Origin: Rhizodiscina lignyota
Taxonomy: Eukaryota
Direction: 5' to 3'
Length of the DNA: 64,000 bases
Assembly: GCA_010015805.1 (NCBI GenBank)
Contig: ML978124.1
Location: forward strand, 930,001 to 994,000
Shown here one piece after another: positions 1 to 9,200 of the stretch. The notes below the pieces were generated by a model that saw nothing but the letters and a program-made list of their open reading frames with translations, was not told the origin of the DNA and did no database searches. The position numbers were made by a program, and so were the translations under genes. Position 1 is the first letter of the stretch. Each line of letters starts with the position of its first letter.

Positions 1-382
1 CTACTTGCGATGCACTACGCAGAGACGAAGAGCAATAGCATGACGTTGGCGCACAAAAGTCCCACGAGCGGAGCACCCTGCGTTGGACCGATTTTATCCA
101 GGTCGCAACTCCAGCTCTGACGTTTATCACAATTCGACGTCTTTTCCTAAGCGGACCTAGGCACGAGATGAGCTGATGTTGCCAGAGTCACGAGCGCGCA
201 AGGAGGGTGCCTAGATTGGCGTATAATAAGGCGAATCGAGAAGTGCCAGCCTTCTGGATCGGCGTCCGTGCGCAGCACTTAAAGAGGGGACGAGAGAACC
301 ACGAGAGTAGCAAACTTCCTCCTACAACCCCCTTGAAGAGCATGTGCCCTTCCTCTCTATACTTTCCTGCTCCGCGACCCCT

Positions 383-2721
383 ATGACGACTCTAATCACC
401 TCTCTCCTCAACCCTGTCGTCCGCAGATTCGCCTCCAACCCGCCCGGCGAGCAAGGTTCTGCAGCTCAGAGCGAAGAGTCGCAATCACATGTCAGAAGCG
501 TCGCAGGCGACGGCGACTTCGCTGTCGGAGCCCTGTCCGCCCACAACGACAGCGATGCTGGTGTACAGCTACCGGATAGCGAGCCGCACAATGTTCAATT
601 ACTGGAGAATAGGCTCAGCGAAGTAGAACCACATGGCGCCGTTGACCAGGCTGCTCCACGAGCAATCCCTCTAAATCCACGTGCGATTACTATACTTGGT
701 GGAGACGCTTCTGGAGTGCCGGTGGAACATGCGCATGCAGCGCTGTTTACTCAGTCACACGACATTTCCTCCGACCCTCAAATATTCGACCATGACCTCG
801 CTGTCGAACAGACCTCTTTCATTCCCTCGAGCGACCTCCACGACCCCATTAGTACGGCGCAGGACGATCGAAGCGCCACCTCTCCACCTTCTGGCGCTAT
901 TCCAATACAAGGAAGAGAAAGGCCAATATCTGCTGGAAGAGCAATGGCATTAGCTGGATCAGAAAGGCCAGCGTCGCTCCCGGCTGACGATGGCATGAGT
1001 GCTCTTCGAAAGAAGATCCACGAGATAAGAGACATGGCTGCATCCAGCGAGGAGAAGGCACGCCGTCTACACTTCATCATGACAGAGAGCTACATCGCAA
1101 ATCACCCCCACCTTGCTCGAGCCCAATCGCCAGCCAGCATTTTCTCAGGAGACAGACCGTTCACGCCTAGATCTCCCACTCCCTTCGATACTCCAGTGCT
1201 TCCTCACTCGCCCGACTCGATGCGCGAGCCTATCGATCCAGCAAACCCCTTCAATGTCACCGAGGCCGACAAGCAGCCCTGCTTTCGCCCACCTCGCTCC
1301 CGCCGTCCTTCCATCGATTACGATGACTATCCTCCGAATAGCGATGGCAATGAGGTACCTGAGCCGGAGGAACCGCAGCTGGGTTGCCGTCACTACAAAC
1401 GCAATGTCAAAATACAATGCTACGATTGTAGGCGATGGTATCCCTGCCGACACTGCCATGATGAAAAGGAGATGGATCATAGTTTGCAACGCAGAAAGAC
1501 CGAGAACATGCTCTGCATGCTATGCCAGACGCCGCAGAGCGCAGGTGAATACTGCAAAGTCTGTGAGCATAGGTCAGCGTACTATTATTGCGATATCTGC
1601 AAGTTGTGGGACGATGATGCAAGTAAGAGAATCTACCATTGTGCAGATTGCGGCATTTGCAGAAGAGGTGAGGGAATCGGAAAAGATTTCGTACACTGCA
1701 AGGTAAGATTCCATCTCTTCAAGACCATGAATATGCGCTCCGGGACTAATAAAGTCAGAAATGCAACATATGCATAGCGATTGCTTCTGCAGCTTCGCAT
1801 CGGTGCATCGAACGCGCGGCGGAGTGCGATTGTCCTATCTGCGGCGACTACATGTTTACTTCATCTTCCTCAATCGTAGCCATGCCCTGTGGACACTACC
1901 TCCACAAGACATGCTACACTCAATACATGGAGACTGCGTACAAATGCCCTATTTGCAAGAAGTCTGCAGTCAATATGGAGCTGCAATGGCGCAAGCTCGA
2001 GCACGCGATTGACACCCAACCGATGCCTGAGCAGTTCCGCAATACTCGAGTCGTGGTTCAGTGCAATGACTGCAGCGCAAAGAGCAGTGTGAAATACCAC
2101 TGGCTCGGAAACAAATGCGGGGCATGTGACAGCTACAACACAAATGAAGTGCAGATTCTCGGGCCAGCGTCGGAGAACGGAAACGCTGGCATCAATGCTC
2201 TGCTCGACCGTGCAGCAGATGCAAGAGCGAGCGTTGCTCCTAGTGGTACCTTTCGGACGCGCTTCGCTCCACCAGTGGTTAGAGCGCGCACACATCCTGC
2301 CTCCCCTCACACAGCCAATACTGGAGCACGAAGTCCGGGCTCGTACTTTCTCAGCGTGCAAGATTCGACCGTTGATACATCCGAGCGACGCGGCTCATTC
2401 GCGCAGAATATTCCGTTCTCGCCCCTCGAAATGTTCCATCGCGTCTCGCGCTCTCTCTCGCCTATCCGCCACTATTTGAACGGCTCGGACTCTGATGATG
2501 CCGATGGCGGCGATTATGCGGGCGATAGTGATGAGGATATTGAGTTTTGGGGTTCGGATGGGAGGTTCTTGTCGGGTGAAGGGGAGAGTGATGACGATTC
2601 CGATGAGGACACTGAAGAGGACGATGACGGGGATGACGAGGAGGAGACTGGTGATGAGAGAAGGGAGGAGCATGCTAGGAGGGAGCTGGATGAACTGGAT
2701 GAGCTCATCGGACATAGGTAG
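383..2721 (+). CDS. CHY zinc-finger / RING-H2 / zinc-ribbon E3 ligase (Pirh2/RCHY1-like)
   Basis: CHY motif GCRHYKRNVKIQCYDCRRWYPCRHCHDE. Intron 1703-1758 (GTAAGA...ACTAAT...TCAG) joins in frame to KCNICI...CPICGDYMF...PCGHYLHKTC...CPIC (RING) and CNDC...GNKCGACDSYNT (zinc ribbon), followed by an acidic tail. First in-frame ATG is at 383. Confidence 0.9.
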
Positions 2722-3035
2722 TTCGCAATGAAGCAGAAGATAGAGAAGCGTGTGGATACTCAAGTGGCATTGAACGGCGCCGCATAGCGAGGAGCTTCAA
2801 AGGATGGAGACGGAAAAAAGTCTCGACTCAGGTTACCATATGAGTTATGATCGGAAATTGATATCCATATTACTATTTCCCCTGTCTAAGTGTAAATGCG
2901 CCGTGTCTCATCGCCTGACTACATTGCTTGCACATTGCAGGCACTGTACCCTCCGACATTATCCAAGCCATCAAAACGCTCAAACCCGGCTCTCGAACGC
3001 CTTGCAATGCATACCAGTCTCAACAATGAAGAGTA

Positions 3036-5633
3036 TCATGACCAAGCATCACCCCATCCCTCATCCTCTTCTTCCTCCTTCGGCTCCTCAGGCGGCTTCT
3101 TCACCTCGGCCGCCTTCTTCGCTGCCGCCGACGCTGCCGCGCCAGCAGCACCTCCAATAACGCTCTTCTTTGCGCCTATACTCGCTGTTGTCTTTGGCTT
3201 CGCGGTTGTGGTTGGCTTCGCCAGACCCTTCGGCAGCGGCTTCTTGCTTGCGCTCTTCGCGGCCGCTTGAGCATTCAGCCAGCCCGCAAAGTCGGGCTCG
3301 CCGCTGTCGTTGAAAGCCGCAGATGATGTTGTCTTGGTTGTTGCAAGTTTGGCCGCGGGTTCGCCCCACGGATCGTCTTCGGCCTCGTCGCCCCATGCGG
3401 CGCCGAAGTCTTCTGCTTCGGCCTCCTCGTCTGCTGAGAATGGATTGCTGCTGGTGCTAGGTCTCGACGATAAAGCCAAACCGCTCGGTACAGAGGGAGT
3501 TGCAGATGGCGTGAGTGTGCGCCCGAGTGGAGGACGTATATCTGTACTTGGGCGCGGAGGCACAGACGCAGACCGTTGCTCGCCTACTTGTGCGGCAGCG
3601 CCGTTCGTTACAGGTTGAATTTGGCCGCTAGCGGTGGCAAGTTTGTTCGTGAAGCTCGAGATTGCCCAGCCTGCCCAGCCGCCCGCATCTCCAGCTGGCG
3701 TGCCCATTCTTGGTGCATTTGCGTTGACGTTGGCGCCCGGGACATTGGTGTTCGGTGGTGGTAGCAAGGTCTCAGGTAAGGTGGTTTGATATTTTCGAAT
3801 GCGCTGCATATAGATTTCGAAGGTCTTGTTGGCTTGATCGCGGACGAGCCTTTCTTTGTCGACGAGGGAAGGGCAAATGGCGGGGAGCATTTTGGTTGCG
3901 CAATCGTCCTCAGAGAACAAGTCGGCGGTGGCAGCGAGGGCCATTAGACCTGCATTACGAGCATGAACGAAGGGATCGCGGAGGGAGCGGGCGAAGGCGG
4001 CGGTGAGGACTTTGGTACGTGTCTAGGATGTGTCTGTGAGCTTTTATTGCCGTCCAGGGTATAAGAGGAAATTGCTTACGGAATTTCCAAGATTGCGAGC
4101 TATCTTGCCTAAACATATGGTAGTGTTTGTTCTTATGCCCGGCTGCTCGTCGTTGGCAGTCTTTGCCAAGTGACGAAGGAGTTCGCCATTGACTGTGCGA
4201 TCGGACAGTTTGGGCACAACCGTCAGGATGGCTCTGACAGTCTGTTCGCGGACGACTGGCATGATATCGGCGAAGCCAGTGACCATTTGCGGAAAGATTT
4301 TGTCGTTTACTATCTTGTTGGGAAGGTGATCAATCATCAGAGGTAAGTTGTCGAGCAAGCATACTCGTATCGCTCGATCCGGGAGTGTAAAGAGGCGCAC
4401 AATGACAGGCGTTATTTGAGATTCATATTCCTCGTCCGTAAGTCTTTGTCCGATTTTCATGACGATGCCGAAGACCTTAGGGCCGCCACCACCGAACTCG
4501 ACGGATTTGAGGAGCTCAGGTAGGACTTTCATTTTCAGAAAGTCCTCGGGGAAGTCATCGCCAATATCATCTAGTTGGGCTAGAAACTCTTCTCTCTCTG
4601 TCTCGCTCTTAATACCTAAGCTTTCAATTCCTTCGGTGAGTGTGATTAAGGGCGTCTGAAAGAAACCTCCAACTCTTTGACCTTGCTCGAGGAACTGGGC
4701 GATACCTCTTCGCACTTTTGGATTTCCGTTGACTAGGTTCTTATAGCTCGCTTGCATACTCGGAGGGACACCTTTCGTTTGCCCTGCCTGATCAGGGCCC
4801 ATGAATGAGCCGTTGAAGACTTCAAAGACGAATATGCCGTAATCGTATGCATCGACTGCATGTAAGGGGTTGCGTTTGATCACCTCCCACCCAGATTTCG
4901 CGACTTCTGGAGGACAGTATCGGCCAGAGTCAGGCACAAGCGAACCGTGAGTGTAGATGATGGCATCGTCTTCGTTCATCGAACTCAAGACATCGAATCC
5001 TCCGAGCTTCCACTCGCCGCTTTCGCTCGTGAATACCGATGAGACCCGCAAGGCTCCATGGACGGACTTTGCATCGTTGTTGATGAACTTCATGGTTTTC
5101 TTTGGAAGGCATCAGCCCAGCGCCTGGTTGTACGAATGGATAGGAGTACGCACTGCGATACTGAATAGACCCCATTTGATCGTCTCCTCCGACAACGTCT
5201 TCCTCCGAACATGCCATGATAGCGGGACGAGGCGCTCTGTCGCTATGTATATGTATGTGTCTGTCTATAACATCTCAGCGTGCATGCCAGCAGTGCCTTG
5301 ACTCGGCCAACAATACCTCCACTGTATCAATTACTCGAATAACGCCTGGATGCCGTAGCGTTCGGAGCTTTCGCAGAGCATTGCGGGCGAGAGGAAGTCG
5401 GGACTTGTTCGCGACACAGTCAAAGGAGAATATGCTGCATTTCGAGCCATCTTCCTATATACAACATGTTAGTTATAGGCACAATGCTGGAGTAATTGTT
5501 CGGACAATACCCGTTTTGTGCCATTATAGAGCGTCCAAATTGACTGATCGATGTCGACACGGTCTCCGAAGCTGAAGCCGAAGGCTGGGCCCTTCGAAAT
5601 TGCGGACGCGACCGCAGATTTCAAGAAATCCAT
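3036..5633 (-). CDS. CEX1: SCY1-like pseudokinase with HEAT repeats (Cex1/SCYL1 family)
   Basis: Starts MDFLKSAVASAISKG at 5633. Introns at 5455-5510, ~5265-5316, ~5100-5153 and ~4023-4079. Kinase-like fold lacking catalytic motifs (VHGALRVSSVFTSESGEWKLGGF), HEAT region (ANDEQPGIRTNTTICLGKIA) and C-terminal GWGDAW. Confidence 0.88.
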
Positions 5634-6081
5634 GAGTAGAGAATTATTCCATCACAGCGCTCTCCAAGAAAAGCCACGCTTCTGCAGCGAGAGCGGGATG
5701 TGAGCGCGAGGAGACGCGAGCCCCACACTAACCTGTTTTGGGGCTAGCGTGCCAAGCTGTCCTTTTCTGGCGGGTGCCTGAGCTCTATACTTCTAGTGCA
5801 ACTCAAGCTTCAACTGTAACACCTTCTCTTCATCCCACAACTTTTCAATTTCCTCCTCCAAACTTTTCTGGTGCTTGTGTCCCGCTGAGCGAGCACACAC
5901 AATTCAGCGACGCGCAGCAGTGCGCGTAATTTTACAGTCGTTCTGACAAACAGTTGAGCGAGCTGTACGCGTTACTAAGTCGGCGCCGCTCACGAACACT
6001 TCCACCTTCACTTTATCCCAACCTCAACCTTTCTTCTGACACTTCACACATCCCAGGCGCCTACTTGGTGCATGGCCCTCG

Positions 6082-6089
6082 TATATAAA
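6082..6089 (+). promoter_or_regulatory. Putative TATA box upstream of the SET_assoc/PHD gene
   Basis: TATATAAA followed by a CT-rich tract, about 120 nt upstream of ATG 6204. Confidence 0.4.
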
Positions 6090-6203
6090 TCGGCTTCATC
6101 AAGGTGTGCAAAATCTTTTCTCTTCTCTCCCATCCGAACAGAGCTACAATGATGCCTTACCTCTTAGACCGTCAAACACGACTTTCGTTCGACTGTCTTC
6201 CTA

Positions 6204-9200
6204 ATGGGCAACACACAGTCTAAAGAGCCGTCGGAGGATCTCGACACTTCTCTGAATGGGGATGCCATCTTTGAGAATGTAAGTGGTGTTTTCTTTCTCA
6301 CATGCCTTTCTAGACGATTCACTCGTTTGCTCCGCGGCTCGCCAATGATTAAACACTGGTAAAAGGGCTTATCGCACAAAAAGTATCTGTTGTGGTTCTC
6401 AAAAATCAGTCTGGCTCTTGGGGTGTGCTAGAAACCCCGTGGATGCGACCCCGCCGAGGGTTCGCAGGCTCTTGTTACAGAGCCACCCGCCTACCTCATC
6501 GGCGTCGTGGTTTAAAACAAGCGTACATCATACAATGCCCTACACTGGAGCTTCGAGCAGCCTCTCACCAGCTCGGAGCCAATGGCAGGGGCATACAGGC
6601 AGCGATTTTCCACTGTGTACAATCTTCGTGCCTGGTGGTTGCTCTACTGGTGTGTTTCTTCGCAAACCAAGTCGGGCTGATTGGAGAGAACCTGGAGATA
6701 TGCGAAATGAAGTTTATATAAACTGAAAAGACCTGAGGCACATTAGCCGCGGAGTTTGATTTCACATATGATTTGGCAGCATGACAGCTTAGAGATACAG
6801 ATTGCTAACACCGATTATTCCCTTACAGATCAATGAGCTCCGAGAAGACGCACTTAGACAGGTCTCTGCGGAAGATCCCGGAAGAGACGATGTCGGAACA
6901 GAGATGGATCCCTTAGTGCAAGTCACGAGACACCCAGTCTCCAATCCGTCGAGCACAAGGCCAAGATCAATATCACCACCGCCAACAAAGAGGCGACGCC
7001 TCGGAGCTACAGACTCATATTCGCCGTCGCTAAATCATTCCGCATCGTGGACACCAGACACACACCAATCTGAAGCTGAGGCTTATCGACCTGGTCCAGA
7101 TAAGGTCCGATTTACTGGAGAGCCTCATCGAGGCAGAGTCCATTCTGCCCAAAGTGGCTACACTCAAGATTTACCAACTTCGAGGCGAGGTTCAAGCATC
7201 TCCATAGACGAGAAGCTACCTCTTTCAAGCCCGCCAATCAGGAGCCAATCGAATGGCGGCTACCAAGATCGGCGTCAGGGCACAAACGTGATACATTCAA
7301 ACACGTTCAGCGATCCTCTCAGTGCCCTTGATCGCCACGACCAAGGTAATAACCCTGGTTTCGACTTCTCAAAAGTTCCGAGAGGACCATGGCGCGACAC
7401 TGTAACATTTGATGATCTCACAGACCCTCACATATTTATCACCTCGGAGACCGTCCCTGTCCTTTCCTCGACTGTGAAGCACCTCCGGGCCCTCTTCAAA
7501 AGACAATCGGTGATACCGAAACAGATCAAACTCGACCAAGACGGGTACTATGTGTTTTTCGAAAACAGCACGCAAGGTGTAGATGATTTGAGGAGATGTT
7601 TGGACAACTTTGATAGGAGATTGTTGTTCAATCAGTACGAGATGAGGATGAGATACATGCGAGGACGTCCCAAAACCACCTATCACCCCGGTCTCGATAA
7701 CTCTCCGTACAAAGTTCAATCGAACCCACCACCGGCTACCAAAGATGATCCTTTGCGTAGAGTTTCAGACAGAACCCCACAAATGAGCCCGATAGATTCA
7801 AACAGCAACTCGGTAGGAGCAGGTTTTACCGCTGGCGATCGGTCAAGGCCTGAACCAAATCCTCGTGGGAGATTAGCCAGCTCGTTCAAGCGAATTCCGG
7901 ATACAGGTTCGGATACAGTCTTAGAAGCGACCACAAGCACTATTCAGCAACCTACGACTGCTACAACTCTGGATCAGGAATACGATGTCGATTACAGAAG
8001 GGAGCTACACAACGGCGAAGTACTGCACTTGCCCTCTCAGAATTCCAACCAGGATCTGCCAGACAGAGTACCTGCCAGCATACCGGATGAGACATCGCGA
8101 CTAAAATCCGAAGCTATCAGGCGCCTGTCCATCCCTGATCATATCGGAGTTGAAGAAGGCCAGTCTTCTCCGAGATCTCTCACTCCTTCTGATATATCTT
8201 CGGCAACGGCACGCAAATACGAAAAGGAGTGCCACCGCTGCAAGCAGCCAGACCAGGCACATAATGCTTTCGTGAAGTGTGTGACATGCGTGCGGAGATT
8301 CCATGACGCATGTCGTGTACCTCCGCCTGGACCGAGTGACACTTTGACCACCTGGCAATGCAACCACTGCAAGAAGAAAGGCCGAGAGGTTCCCGTCGTG
8401 CAAGATAAGCGAGTACCTGAAAGCTCGAAAGCGACGCAACCACCTTCTGCACCGTCTTTGACTTTGCCTGAGCGGCTAGCATGGGATCAGTCTGAGGCCG
8501 AAGTGATGAATCTTGGTGAAGGAGAGGCTGAAACAACTGCAGGAGCGGAAGCGGAATTTACGGATGATCAAAGCGCAGCAATGAGTATCTCTGATGGTGT
8601 GTCTAAACAAATTGCGATTCCCAACCCTGTCCCTACAGATCTTACCCCAGCTCCAGCAACAGAGATGAGCGATGCACCCGTGGAGCCGCAAAAGAGCAAT
8701 CCGAAAGAAGTGGACACCGAATTAGGTGAAAACATTTCAAACGTAAACCCTGTTCCTACAGATCTTACACCAGCTCCAGCGACAGAGATGAGCGATGCAC
8801 CTATGAGCTTAGCTACTACACCGGCAACTCCCATGCTACCGGAGCCCATGCCACCGGAGCCGGAGCCATTCACTGATAACGAGATGGCCGACCCGAGGAA
8901 ACGTGGCAGAGCGAAGAAAACAAATATTCCAGTCGTGTCAACACGTAATTTGAATGCAACCCTTGATGGCGCCTCCAGTAGGGAATACGACTTGAGCAGT
9001 CCTTCCATCGATGATGCTACCCTCTTGGTGAATGCATCTTTCGCCATTGCCCAAAAAGAGCTTCCGTCCAGTTCTGGTAGAGGCACATCGAGTTCTCCCA
9101 CAAAGACGTCTACCCTCGGACAGTGCTCGAGTTGTGGAAAGAAGATGTTTCTGTGTAAGGCCGGAACTATTTGCGCTGCTTGCAAGAAGCGACAGGAAGA

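Noticed and set aside
5100..5153. AAG 3' splice sites in CEX1 here and in CCZ1 (~16673)
   Set aside because: An uncommon but well-known fungal acceptor variant; the reading frames join normally.
6072..6206. Spliced uORF (ATG 6072, putative intron 6104-6167) ending in TAA that overlaps the main ATG (TAATG)
   Set aside because: The ATG lies upstream of a good TATA box (6082-6089), so it is probably not transcribed; the donor and branch signals are weak.
6382..6391. AGTATCTGTT is identical in sense to U2 snRNA residues ~35-44
   Set aside because: Only 10 nt, sense rather than antisense, and partly explained by internal pairing with AGATA at ~6696. It is not a U2 gene because there is no flanking U2 sequence.
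6392..6765. Short ORFs (109, 102 and 66 aa) within the long intron
   Set aside because: No recognisable protein features; the region is better explained by the structured guide RNA.
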